Positions 39,450 through 64,000 of a stretch of DNA of 64,000 bases are shown here, piece after piece (position 1 is the stretch's first letter; each line of letters starts with the position of its first letter). The notes under the pieces are model-generated. The model had not been told where the DNA came from, did no database searches, and saw only the letters and a program-made list of their open reading frames with translations. The stretch is from NCBI RefSeq assembly GCF_009914755.1, contig NC_060926.1; one strand, written 5' to 3'. The position numbers and the translations under genes are program-made. Source of the DNA: the human T2T-CHM13v2.0 reference genome, Homo sapiens.

Positions 39450-41369
39450 AAATTGATGGTTATCATATTTTTATTAGTAATATGGAGGTGCTATCATCTG
39501 CACATTGTTTGCATGAACCACAAAGCTTTAATCCAAATAGTTAAGAAAAAATAAATCCATGCCATTTATTTCAATTATATTAGAATACAATAAATATACA
39601 ATAAATAACTGAATTTCTTTTGGGTATGTAAGAAGTAGCATACTAGCAGTAATAGGGAAAATAGGGCAAGATATTTAATGGCCAAACTATTACATAAGCT
39701 TAGGAAAGGAAATTAAGGGAAAGAAAACAGTTTTGCTATTATTACCTCAGCATGACAATGACAAAGAAGTGTGATTTTTCCAGGCTTTTCTCAGAACCCA
39801 GAGATGTGTGAAGATTAACCTGCTGGGCTAGGTTTCTGGAGATCCAGGTGTTAGCCCTGACTCCTTCACAATTATATTCTCTCCTGCCCTGATTTTCTAC
39901 CTGTAATAGTTGAGGTTTGAACTAGATGATGGCTAAAATTCCTTTAATGAACACTTCTGGTAACCCTTTATTTGATAAATATATCCAGGTCCTCCATCAC
40001 CCACCACTTCCCAATCCCTGTCTTCTCTACCTCTGACAAAATTACTGTGTACAACATTCAATTTTTTATGAATCTGTCACTAATTATTTGTGTTTATATA
40101 TACACTAACTTCTTTATGGTAACTGGTTGAAAAAGCAAAATTCTAATTTCTGTTGCTAAAATTTAGTTACTAAACAATCATCACTTTTACATTATCTAGT
40201 CCTAATAATCTAGCCAGATTAACATGGCATATTAGTCAGTATTCTTACAAGAAGAGTTTTGGTGTAGCTGTGATTCACAATAGTTAAAGATCAGATCAAA
40301 TCATTATGTATCCATCGCTTTTACTGGCTTAAAATTGACTTAGCTACACAGCAACTAAGAGTACAGTAATATTTAATTTCTCCCTTTTATGATAATCCAG
40401 TGACAACACGTAAGTATGACTTTGCTACTAAAAGGCTATATAAATATCCTTTCATCTGATAAGTCTTATTAAACCTCTAGTGTTTGGGGGAGGAGGTTAA
40501 GAGAAGAAGAGGTTGTAATATTGAGTCATCTCAAATTATTCCTATTATAATTTTTATGTTGGAAGTATTCTTGTTTGGACATCTAAATATTAGGACAGTT
40601 ATCACCTAGGAACAGCAATGAATTCAAATATTATCCAGTAAGATGCTAAACAACACAAGCTCTCGTCAATTCTTAAATACCTTTTGAGTCATTACAGTAA
40701 AGAGATAAATCCAAAATGGAAAAGGGAGAACATACTCAAGCTTCCATGAAGCGGCACGATAAGGTGAATAATTGGCACAAAAATAAAGCAAAGAATTGAG
40801 AAGTATGCTGGAAAAGTCTTTCAAATACTATTCTTGCTTGTATCTAGCTCCATTATACAGTTTAAATTTTGGCCAAATTTTTAAAGTATTTGTTAAACAG
40901 TTCCCGCATGTGACATATGTTTCCAGGATACTTCTGACATTGATATGAGAAATTATAAAACATTTAGAAATGAAAATGTTACTCTCAAACAAAAAACACT
41001 ATAAGTTCCAAGCTTCTTCTGAATTCATAAGATGGAAAAACATTTGGAAAATAGTACCTTTCTGTTTTAAAATGTTCAAATAATGTATTTTTTAAAAATG
41101 TGTAATCATTCAAGGAAACGGGAAAACAAGTCTAAATAAAACCGGGTCCTAAAGTTTACTCTAGGAGTCATTATTCTTCCTTTGCAGTCTCAATTCTATT
41201 TACTCCATAACAAGTAAACTGTTTTATCCCTTCGGCTGGGAAGGATAATTTTTACCCTACCAAGATGATGACAATGCCACTGCAGTGCTCACCCAGCAAG
41301 AAACACATAAATATGAAGCAGCATCAAAGTCTTTCTATGAAGTGTATGCAAGAATTGATTTGCAATGCA
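39450..41369 (-). other. KCNG3: KCNG3 3'UTR (proximal end approximate)
   Basis: AT-rich, Alu-free stretch after the stop. Minus-strand AATAAA at 39972-39967, 39570-39565 and 39475-39470; Pumilio-type TGTATATA at 40104-40097. Confidence 0.75.
39470..39475 (-). terminator. Candidate KCNG3 polyadenylation signal AATAAA
   Basis: Plus-strand tttatt, last of three signals before low-complexity and repeat DNA resumes. Confidence 0.6.
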
Positions 41370-42015
41370 TTAATTCAGGAATTCAGTGGAGAGGCTCCTA
41401 CTATACCTAGCAGATCTAAACTTGAGCTCATGATAACACTGCACAAAGCTATGGTAGATAAAAGTGATAGGTAATGCCAATAGAACAATTCCACTGACAA
41501 CACAAACTCCTCCAAGAATTCTTCCAGGCACTGTGATAGGATACATATCTCCATAGCCAACTGTAGTCATAGAGATAATCACCCACCAGCAGGCAGCAGG
41601 AATGCTGGTAAAGTCCTTGTTGGATGTTTCCAGGTCCAGCCCATGTTCAAGAAGCTGAGAAAGTGCACTAAAGATTGCCATGGCAACACAAATGAAGACA
41701 AGTAACATAACCATCTCTCGGTAGCAACGTTTGAGAGTCAAACCGAGTGTCTGAAGACCAATGAAGTGACGGGCAAGCTTAATCACCCAAAAAATCCTCA
41801 TCATTCTAAGTACCCTCAAGGTGACTCCAGCCCTCTGGAGTTGAGAGTTCTCGCCTGTAAACACTGTCATCAACACAGAGATGTAATACGGCGTGATTGC
41901 CAGTAAATCAATGATGTTCAGGGGTCTCTTGACAAACTCACACTTGTTTTTGGAGACAATGAACCTCACGATGCACTCGGCAGTGAACCAACCTATGCAG
42001 ATAGCTTCAATTATC
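41370..42015 (-). CDS. KCNG3: Terminal coding exon of voltage-gated K+ channel modifier subunit Kv6.3 (S2 to C-terminus)
   Basis: Minus strand reads ttctcttgacAG|G ATA ATT GAA GCT..., giving IIEAICIGWFTAECIVRF in frame with ORF 41370..41969. Contains S4 (LRVLRMMRIFWVIKLARHF), pore WWVIISMTTVGYGDMYP, S6 LALPITF and C-terminus HELKFRSARYSRSLSTEFLN*, recognised as KCNG3. Exon 1 (T1 domain, S1) lies beyond the right edge. Confidence 0.97.
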
Positions 42016-42215
42016 CTGTCAAGAGAACAAAAGAAGAATTGATCATTTTATTTTTAAGCATTTTAATAGCTCTTAGATTTCTTCAGATAGTACTACACTG
42101 ACATACTAATTCAGTTACTTTTCCAGAAAACATAAAGAACAGACAACATTAGCAACATCATCAGACCACCAGGATGCACGCAACAGAACAACAAATCAAT
42201 TCAGATGAAAATTGA

Positions 42216-45262
<3,047 letters not shown>

Positions 45263-45778
45263 CAATGCAATGAATACGTTTGTATATCATTTCCCACATG
45301 AGCAGATATATCTGTAGAATAAATCTGAGACTTGGAATTACTGGATCAGAGAAGATACATATGTATTTGTAATTTTGATAGATCTTGCCAAGCTACCCCT
45401 ACAGAGGTTGTACCAAATTACCCACCCACAGGCAATGCATAGGAGTGTCTATTCCCCACGGCCTCACTAATGTAAAGTATTGTTGAACTTGGAGGTCTCT
45501 GCCACTCTGAGAGATGAAAAGTGCTAGCTTATTTTGAGCAATGTTGAGCATCTTTGCACATGTTTAACGGCCTGCTCTGTGACCTGTCTGTATCACTTGC
45601 TCACAAAGGCTTTAATCTGCTCAGAAACAGTAGGAATATCCTTCAGAGTATCAGGCCAGGACTACTGTTCCTTGAAATACCAGTTTTGCAAAATGATTCC
45701 AGAGCCTTTGCCTGTAAATTTCTTAGTAACAGAGTTTGACAAACTATAGCCCGGGGTCTAAATCCTGCCCACTTCCCA

Positions 45779-45779
45779 C

Positions 45780-45818
<39 letters not shown>

Positions 45819-45820
45819 TT
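45779..45820 (+). repeat. (TTTA)n microsatellite
   Basis: About 10 units. Confidence 0.92.
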
Positions 45821-46028
45821 TTTTGTATGGCATGCAACCTAAGAATGGTTCCTAATTTTTTTCCCCCACTGGTTTGAAATGGTGGCTTTTATCATACATT
45901 AAATTACCAATCACACCTAAGTAAAATTCTTGATTTTCCACTTTCCAGAGTGGAAAGTTCAGAACTTCACTCAGGTATATCTGATCGATCCATTCTATCT
46001 TATACTATGCTACTCTCAATTTTCATTA

Positions 46029-46570
<542 letters not shown>

Positions 46571-46943
46571 TACTTTGTTTTGATGTCTAGTTGAATGTAT
46601 CACTCAATTGTGTTCTTCCTTTTCAAGACTGTCCTGGTTATTCGTAAGCACTTGCTCCTCCAACATAAATTTTATTTTTTTATTTTTCTTAATGATTGGG
46701 GGAAAAAACAAAATCTAAAGAATTATATTTTATGACATGTACAAATTATGTAAAATTTGAATTTCAGTGGCCATAAATAAAGTTTTATTGGAACACAGCC
46801 ATGCTCACTCATTTACACATTGTCTATGGCTGTTTTCACAGCAAAGTTGAGTGGTCATGACAGAAACCATATAGCTCTGCAAAACCTAAAGTACCTACTA
46901 TCATTGAAAAAAAAAAAAGTCTGCTGTTGTGTTAAGCCACTGA

Positions 46944-47258
<315 letters not shown>

Positions 47259-48079
47259 TAAAAGGGATTGCAGGAGCACGCAGCAGTGATAATAATAGTT
47301 TCCTTAGATTGGCTTGTGGGTAAGATGTACCAGTTCTCCAGCTAACATACTCTGTCTCTTATCTAGCCAGACACAAGCAAGGGCACTGAACTTGACATCA
47401 GAGGCTCTGTGCTCTTTCCATTCTGAAGGACAAGCCTCACCATCAAGTGGCAGATTTACATGGATCTTATAAGGACCTTCCCAGCTCTAAAATCCTAAGA
47501 TTCTATTAATTTCAGAAGAGTAAAAATGTCAATTGTGCCAAAAATACCAGAACATTTTCTGTCTAATTATTTCCAGCAGCAGCCAAAGTTGTTATGACTA
47601 AGAAGGAGGAAATCCAAATGGTGTGGAATAATCTCTCAATAAGGGAATTTCAAAGAAGTAAGCTCGTCTGTAATGAGGTCCTCAGGGTTCTGCTTGCCCA
47701 CACCTTAGGTCAGATGCAGTTTATTCAGAATTGCACACCAAAGGGATGAATCAGTGAGAAACCCCAGGCATCATTTTCACCTTCAATTATGCCAAGGCAG
47801 TCTCTAGCAACAAACACCACCAAGCCTGCCAAAATTCCTCATGTTTCCAAATGGCACTCTCACCAATGCCACCACTGACAACTGCTGAAAAACTGAGTAC
47901 TGTTCACTGAGCACAAGAGCAAACAATTGGGTATTCCCGGAGGTTACTTCTGTAAAATTAAACAGGAAAAAAGAAACTAAAGATACATCACATTCCTTTG
48001 AAGCCGATTCTGATTTCTTCTGAGTTCCAAACATATAGATGTTCATGAATGTATGCCTAATAAAAATATTCACCACTGA

Positions 48080-49366
<1,287 letters not shown>

Positions 49367-49527
49367 AGATACAATCAAGAGTGAAAGGGCAACCTACAGA
49401 ATGGGAGATGATATTTGCAAGTCATTTATCTGAGTAAGAATTAATTTACAGGACATACAAAGAACTCCTGCAACTCAGTAACAACAACAAAAAAAATCAA
49501 CCCAACTAAAAAATGGACAAAGGATTT

Positions 49528-51400
<1,873 letters not shown>

Positions 51401-51944
51401 TGGACAAAGGATTTGAATAGATATTTCTCCAAAGTTAATAAGGCCAATGAGCATATGAAAAGATGCCCAACATTATTAATCATCAGAAAAATGCAAATCA
51501 GAACCACAATGAGGATGGCTACTATACCAAAAAAAAAAAAAAAAATCACACCAGAAAATCACAAGTGTCTTGAGCACTGTTGGTAGGATTGTAAAAGGGT
51601 ACATCCACTATGCATAACAGTATGGAGGTTCCTCGAAAAATTAAAAATAGAAATATCACATGCTGAAGTAATCACGCTTCTGGGTATATATCCAAAAAAA
51701 TTGAAAGCAGGGTCTTAAAGAAATATTTGCACACCCACTTTCACAAATACAAATGAAGCATTACTGACAATAGTTAAGATGTCGAAGCAACCTTAATGTC
51801 CACTGACAAAAGAATAAATAAAGAATCTATTTGGAATTTAATATTGAATTTAAAATTGGAATATAGCTGGGCATGGTGGCTCACTCCTGTAATCCCAGCA
51901 CTTTGGGAGGCCGAGGCGGGCAGATCACCTGAGGTAAGGAGTTA

Positions 51945-52205
<261 letters not shown>

Positions 52206-54489
52206 TTAAGTGAAATAAGCCAGTCACAAAAAGACAAATACACTGTGATTCCACTTACATGAGGTATCTAAACTAGTCAAATTCACAGAAACAAAAAGAT
52301 GGTAGTTACAGGCAGCTGGGAAAATGTGAAAGAGAAGAGTTGTTTGATGGGTACAGGGCTTCAGATTGGCAAGATGAGATGAAAAAGCTCTGAAGATCTG
52401 TTTCATAACAATATGAATATATTATACTTAACACTACTAAATGGTATACTTAAAAATTGTTAAGATGGTAAATTTTATATTATGTATATTTTACTACAAT
52501 TTTAAAGAGCAAACATATGAGCAGTGATGGAATACAAATCTATGCCCCCAAGAAGGCTAGAGCCTTAATACAGAACTTTTTTATCTTTTATGTTCTTTAT
52601 ATTTTGTAGAGCTGAGATCTCGCTATGTTGCTCAGGCTGGTCTCAAACTCCTGGCCTCCCAAAGTACTAGAGGCTACAGGTGTGAGCCACCACGCCCAGC
52701 AAGTTGGACTGCTCAGCCACACTACCCGTGGGGTCAATGGAAAAACAAAAACAAAAACAGTACTGACTTTGACATTAATTAATTTTTGACTTACATTCTG
52801 CTTTACCTCAGAAGAATTGAACGAGATTGTTCCTGTCATTAACACCAAACAGAACCTGATTAAAATTTAATATTACAAGGACAACTATGAAAATTAATAT
52901 AAAAAACAGCTGTGGCTGGCCCCAATAGTTCATGTCTGTAATCCCAACACTTAGGGAGGCCAAGGCAGGAGAACTGCTTGAGCCCAGGAGATCTTGGAAT
53001 ACAGAGAGATCTCACAATATAGTCAGATCTCATCTTTACTAAAAATTTTCAAAAAATTAGCCAGTGTGGGGCATGTGCCTGTAGTCCCAGTTACTTGGGA
53101 GGCTGAAGTGGGAGGATCACTTGGGCCCAGGAGCTTGGGGCTGCAGTGAACTATGACTGCTCCATTACACTCCAGACTAGGCAACAGACCAAAATCCTGT
53201 CTCTTAAAAAAAATAAAAATTAAAAATTAAAAAATTATATATATGTATGTACAGCTGAAAGCTGAATCTGAATAGCTGACTTGAAAAAGCTAAATGAATT
53301 ACACAAGCAATAGGCCAACACAGAAAACCACCTAAAATAATAATTATATACATATAGTTATTATATACCTATAATATGTGCATATATAATTATATTACAT
53401 TTAAAATAATATATAGTATATTTTAAATATAGTACAATATCATAATGTGTAAGAATATAAAATAAGGAAATGTTATATGAATCCAAACTCCAATAACTTT
53501 GTTACTTACTAATCATATTTACACTGAAATAGAATTTTAAGATAAAACTTAACAGTTTTGGCAGGGAAAAATGAAATTTATTTATAACTTCTTTGAAGCC
53601 ATAAATATTGAATCATCAGTATAAGATGAAAGGCATAGACTGCAATCATTTTTTAGCCTCTCCAAAAATAATATGGCTAGGTGCAGTGGCTCACACCTGT
53701 AATCCCAGCACTTCAGGAGGCCAACGCAGGAGGATTACTTGAGTCATCTTCTTAGTAGTTCGAGTCCAGTCTGGGCAACATGTCAAAACCCTGTCTCTAC
53801 AAAAAATACAAAAATTAGCCAGGCATGATGGTGCATGCCTGCAGTCCCAGTTACTGAGGAGGCTGAGGAGGAGCACCTGAGCCCAGGGCTGCAGTGGGCC
53901 ATGATCGCACCATATATTCCAGCCTAAGCAAGAGTGAGACCAGCCTCAAAAAACAAACAAAAAAAGATTTGTGACCATTATTATTACTGCAAACCATCTC
54001 TGAGCTCAGAGCCTTCTATTTACAAAAGGAGTTCAGTTCAAGCCCAACTTAAAAACATTTTAAAAGAAAGTAAACAGTATGCCCAACTAGAAGAGCAATC
54101 ACCATAATCAAGTCATCAGCAGCTTAAATCAGCCTTAACAACCCCAGGAGTGCCACAAAAGGAAAAGTTACCTTCTTACTCCAAGCCTTCAGATTTAAAT
54201 GTACAAAGCATTTCCAATCACATTTCTAACAGGCATGTACAATGTAACAACACAAGGCACAATAAAAATTTCCAGCAAACTGCACATCAACAGCCACTTC
54301 ATTACCTAGAGTCTTTCATGTCCTTATAAGAGTTTTCTCCACAACAATTGGTTAAATAGGAAAAAAGTAGGGTTTTTTTGAGAGGAAAAAAACATGATTT
54401 TTTTCTTACACACTTTAATTATCTTACAGAGAAAAAATATATACCATTCATACCTCTTTATCTTCCAACCTAGATCAATAATAAATTAA

Positions 54490-54980
54490 AACACATAATT
54501 GAACACTTATTCAAGTTCCAAACATCTTTCTATACATTTACATACTAATTCACTTAATTCTCACAACTGTATGCAATAGGTTTTGTTATGATCCCCACCT
54601 ACAAATGAGGAGACTAAGCCAAAGAGAATTGACTAGTGGCCAAGTGCGGTAGCTCATGCCCGTAATCCCAACACTTTGGGAGGCCAAGAAAGGCAGACTG
54701 CTTGAGCCCAGGAGTTCAAGACCAGTTTGGGCAACGTGACGAAACTCCATCTCTGCAAAATACAGAAAAAAAAAAAAATTAGCCAAGCATGGGGGCACGC
54801 GCCTGTACTCCCAGCAACCTGGGAGGCTGAGGTAAAAGGGTTCCTTGAGCCTGGGGAGGTTGAAGCTGAAGTGAGCTGTGATTGTGCCACCGCACTCCAG
54901 CTGGGCGACAGAGAGACTTTGTTTCAAAAAAAAAGAGAGAAGTAACTAGATCATGTCACACAGATAATAAATGGCAGGTT
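54490..54980 (-). mobile_element. MIR split by an Alu at about 54638-54933
   Basis: acaaatgaggagactaagccaaagaga ... gtcacacagataataaatggcag. Confidence 0.7.
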
Positions 54981-55059
54981 AATAATATTTACAAGGCTGG
55001 CCAGGCACGGTGGCTCATGCCTGTAATCCTAGCACTTTGGGAGGCCGAGGCAGGCAGAT

Positions 55060-55061
<2 letters not shown>

Positions 55062-55105
<44 letters not shown>
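55062..55105 (+). repeat. (CA)22 microsatellite
   Basis: Perfect CA run. Confidence 0.97.
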
Positions 55106-55106
<1 letters not shown>

Positions 55107-56232
55107 GGCTGGGCGCAGTGGCTCACACCTCTGATCCCAACACTGGGAGGGCAAGGCAGAAGGATCACTTGGGCCCAGGAGTTCGAGGCTGCAGTGAGCT
55201 ATGATCACACCACTGCACTCCAGCCTGGGTAACAGAGTAAGACCCTATCTCTAAAAAAAAAAAGAAATGTACAAAGCCAGGTGTGGTGTCACGCACCTGT
55301 AGTCTCCTAGCTACTTGGGAAGCTGAGGAAGGAAGATCACTTGAGCTCAGGCTTCAAAACTAGCCTGAGCAATATAGTGAAACCCCTCATCTCAATATAT
55401 AAATAAGTAAATTTTAAACAAACAAAATATATGTACTCACTGACTAAGTCATACCTTGAATCACGCCTGGGATTCATGGATGTCCCTATATAGCTACAGT
55501 CAATGTATGTGTTAATTTTTACATTCCTCACTTGATACTATTTTGTTTCCTCATGCTCACATTTGGACGGCCATTTCATTAGGATATGTGGCAGGACAAC
55601 GATAATGATGAATGAAAAGTTCACTCTCTCAAAGTCATTGGGATTGGCCACAGAGAACTGGGCTCCTCCCACAGTTTTTAAGGGGCTGCTATTATTCCGT
55701 CGGATCTCTTTTCCTGCAATCACCTCCACCTTTGCTTTTCTCACTTTCCCTTAGCAGACAGGAACATGCGCCCTTGCCTGAGGAATCTGGCCTCTGCCTC
55801 CTAAACACAGTTTACCCTCTGTGGTTCCTCTGTCCTCTGTTTTGGCAACAGAGGTACCAGATTCACATTCTCTCTTTATTGGGAAACAGGGACTGATGAC
55901 CCCCTACAAAGAAACAACCAAGTTCCTGACTGCAAATGCAAAGGCAACAATACCTGTCCTGCTAAGACAGGGGCTATCCATCACATATAAATCTCCATCA
56001 AAGTGTGTTTCTGTGAAAAATTACAGGCAATTACTACAAATAACCCTTATCTTTTCTGACTCCTTTTGGCATAATTCAATATTCAACCCAAATATATGAC
56101 CTAAGTGCATTGGAGTGTCTGCAGTGTAGCCCGAGGTAGTGTCTTGCAAGGAGTTCTGTCCTGCTAGTGTGAGCTTGTAGAGACAGACTTTAAAACCTCA
56201 GAAAGAAGCAACATAGGAGACCCCATTACTTA

Positions 56233-56685
<453 letters not shown>

Positions 56686-57224
56686 TTATGACCCCCCAGA
56701 TACCCAGCCCCATTCACCATCAGCCCAAAGCCAGTTCTGACCCGCTCCACATCCTCATCTACCTCCCTCATGTCTTATTTTGAAATAAATCTCAGAGTGT
56801 GGGCATTTATCCCAGAGTCCTTTCTCACCCTCCCTGCCTGGCAAGTCAACTAATGTGCACAAAGGAGGCACGAAATGTGCATGGCTTCAGTCTGAGTCTG
56901 TTGAGACAGGTCACTTGTAGCCAGGATGATGCAATGTCCTCAAGTCAGGATGGGATGACAACATATTAACCTGGATGTGGCTGTAAGCCCATGGAGCCCA
57001 TTAATTCATTCACCATGCAACAAAGCTCATGAGTGACTGCCTAATGTATGTCAGGCTCTACAGAGCCACAGAGAGGTGCATAAAGATAAACTAAAGATAG
57101 AACTTAAGCACAGTTATGTAAGATGTTATCGGCCGGGCGTGGTGGCTCACGCCTGTAATCCCAGCTCTTTGGGAGGTCAAGGCGGGTGGATCATGAGGTC
57201 AGGAGATCGAGACCATGCTGGCTA

Positions 57225-57509
<285 letters not shown>

Positions 57510-58409
57510 CTATTTTAAGCCAGGCAAGGTGGCTTACATCTGTAATCCCAGCACTTTGAGAGGTTGAGGTGGGAGGACTTCTTGAAGCCAGGAGTATGAG
57601 ACCAGCATGGACAACATAGCAAGACCCTTATCTCTACAAAAAAAATAGCAGGCATGATGGTGCACGCCTGTAGCCCTAGCTACTCAGAAGGTGGGAGAAT
57701 TGCCTGTACCCAGGAGTTTGAGGCTGCAGTGAGTCATGATTATACCACTGCACTCCAGCCTGGGCAACAAAGCAACACTCTCTCTAAATATAAATCAATT
57801 AACTAATTAATTAATAATTAAATCATTTCAAAATAAAAAGATTTTTAAAAGAAGATAAAACAGACTGAAAGTTTGCGACCTAGCAAAGGGTAAGATATAC
57901 CCTCCCTAACAACAATCCAATCCTTAAGAACTCAAAAATAGAATGTAGAAAGTAATAAATGCTATAATTGATGTGCATTAAGTTCAGAAGAAGATAAGTT
58001 TTTCTTCATCTGGGAGACCACGGAAAGCTTCTTTGAGAAAGTGGCGATTTAATTTGGCAAAAACAAAATCAGGAAAGTGCCAGATACCTGATGAAGTAAA
58101 AGCAATTACATTTAAAAAGTTAACAAAACAAAACACAGATGTGAGCAGATGCCCTACATAGATTAAACAGGTACACGACACTGGGCCACTGACCAGTGTT
58201 TAGGCTTCCCCTAAATGGAAAGGCAAGTGAAGAAAACAAAAGGCACCCCAAAACATCTTACAAAAAAATGGCTACTCTGACTATTCCTTTGATTTTCTTA
58301 ACTGATAAAAAGGTAGGCCAGGCGCGGTGGCTCATATCTGTAATCCCAGCACTTTGGGAGGCCGAGGTGGGCAGATCACAAGGTCAGGAGATTAAGACCA
58401 CCCTGGCTA

Positions 58410-58664
<255 letters not shown>

Positions 58665-59404
58665 CTAATTTACATAAAGAATTTCATCCATCCCATGCAT
58701 CAGTGTTCGTGTTCATTACGCTCTAACAGAGGACTTGGGTTGCTTTTTCCTTAGCTCTGAACTGGCTCCATGGACAAACCAGAGGTGTTTCTGTGTGCGC
58801 CTTGCCTGAGGCTCTTGAGAGTCAGAAACTCTCAAGATTTCTGACTGACCCAGAAATCAGGGTGCACTTCTCTTCACCAGAGCCAGGGAGTGTGTTTTCA
58901 GAAGACTACCATGCTGTAGAGGACATATGCATACAGGCGAAGAGATCAAAAATCTGTGGTTCTGACTCTCACTGCTAAAAACTTTCCAGAGATGACAGCA
59001 GCAGAAACCCAGGCCTGACAGCACCTGTGGTCCCCGGCCCCACACTCTCCACTCCGGGTGGGCCCCCTTAATCTTCAGGTGCCACAATCCCTTTCTGCAC
59101 CTTCACCACCACCCCAATGTACATATATTTGCCTAAATAATACAAGAAGATCAATCTCAATAATCTGTTCCTATTCCATACATGACTACCACATGGGTTC
59201 TATTCCCTTTTTATTTAACTGGCAGTTCATTAGTAAAAGAATTATGAGACTAGAAAGGATATCAAGATCTACCTCTTCAAACAAGATCACCTTACAAAAA
59301 GTGATAACAATTCTTTTCTTTAATAGTATATTACCATTTTGGCTTCAAGATAGTTTTTATCTACAGAACAACTTGGGAAGATGAATTTCAACAAATGATA
59401 TTTT

Positions 59405-61507
<2,103 letters not shown>

Positions 61508-61999
61508 TCAACAAATGACATTTTGAAAAGCGAGGTAGTTCATTCTGATATCATTATTTGCTATTTCCTAACAACAGGTAACTAATGTGTCCAGTGCTCA
61601 ACTCAGATTATTCTTACTTAACTACTGTGTACTAGGTACTCACTGCAAACATTAGGACAATGATACTTCTACGCACACAAAGTTTCCAAATGTACATTAA
61701 AACAAGTTGCCCAGGTTGGTCTAGAACTGCTGGCCTCAAGTGATCCACCTGCCTTGGCCTCCCAAAGTGCTCAGATTACAGACCATGAGCCACTGAGCCT
61801 GGCCAAAACAAAAGATTTAAACAAAGGTAGGGATATTTCAAAGTATCTAGACTATAAGGTCTTCCTGAAACAATAAGCTAAGTGTTTTAGTCTATAGTCA
61901 TGAATACAAAAACATTCGCAGTACTAAAAGCAGCAATACTCGAATACTCTGAGTACTGAGGTATTGCTGACTCCTAACTCTCCACAGATAACAGCTAAA

Positions 62000-62425
62000 A
62001 TGCATGAGTTATCATCCAAAGCTTCAGATCTGCCACTCTCCGCCTTGTACCATCTGCTCCAACTAATGGAAAGTAACACAGTCCCCAGTCTTCTCACGCC
62101 TCTTGCCTTTGCACATCTACCCTCCCTTCTTGGCCAGCATCAACCAGGCCTTCAAGTCTGAGCTCAAGGATCACCACCCCAGGGAATCCTTATCTTAGGT
62201 CCACTAGCATGGCTGAGCTTCTCCCTGATGTTCCTACAGCAGTCAGTGCTTATCTCTAGCAGTGCACATAGCACAACGTGTAGTGGTTGTAAATTCAGCC
62301 GTCTGTCTCTCCAGCTAGGAAGCAAGTAGGGCTGTGTGTCTTTAAAAAAAACAAACAAAAAACACTATATTGCCTAATCATGGCACTTAATAGGTACCCA
62401 GAAAATACGTTGCTTGACTAAATTA
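62000..62425 (+). mobile_element. L2 3' fragment
   Basis: ctgtctctccagctag...ggctgtgtgtc...tggcacttaataggtaccc. Confidence 0.6.
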
Positions 62426-62642
62426 ATGGTACAAAAAATTTAATCATTAGAGAGTTCAACTGTTTTATCAGTCTAATGGAATATTTAGGACAAAATGATA
62501 TATTTGGTGTGTTGATTTTAACAATTAGAGATAATGCATTACTATCCTTACTTCATACCACACACAAAAATTAATGAGAATGAGTGTAGTACTAAATTTA
62601 AAAGTGAAAACTTTAAGATTTTATTTTTTTAAGAGTATTTAA

Positions 62643-63430
<788 letters not shown>

Positions 63431-63431
63431 A

Positions 63432-64000
<569 letters not shown>

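Noticed and set aside
41370-41969. 199-aa ORF as a stand-alone channel gene
   Set aside because: The GTG start is an internal Val; the frame extends to the splice acceptor at 42015 and the N-terminal half is in an off-window exon.
55600-55790. Possible C/D snoRNA (ATGATGA at about 55605)
   Set aside because: Antisense to the host intron, no nearby CTGA D box and no terminal stem.

Overview
Human (primate) genomic DNA, very rich in Alu (about 55-60 copies or fragments by eye), L1, LTR and DNA-transposon remnants. The only real coding sequence is the last exon of KCNG3 (Kv6.3, a silent Kv subunit) on the minus strand: acceptor AG at 42017-42016, CDS 42015..41370, 3'UTR to about 39450. Everything to its right is KCNG3 intron, which holds a full-length VDAC1 processed pseudogene (59405..61507, minus strand, 17-bp TSD). 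From recalled annotation this is 2p21, with COX7A2L downstream on the same strand beyond the left edge; that is not visible here. Nearly all supplied ORFs are repeat artefacts. I find no prokaryotic-type system, CRISPR array or RNA gene, and nothing I can defend as a new biological system. The best leads are regulatory: a strong distal minus-strand poly(A) site at about 23740 (possible extended KCNG3 3' end), a CpG-retaining mini-island with a downstream splice donor at about 22.1-22.9 kb, a sense-oriented retrocopy with intact poly(A) signals inside the KCNG3 intron, and a recent 72-bp duplication in a MER52 solo LTR. Repeat boundaries are read by eye and approximate unless a TSD is quoted.
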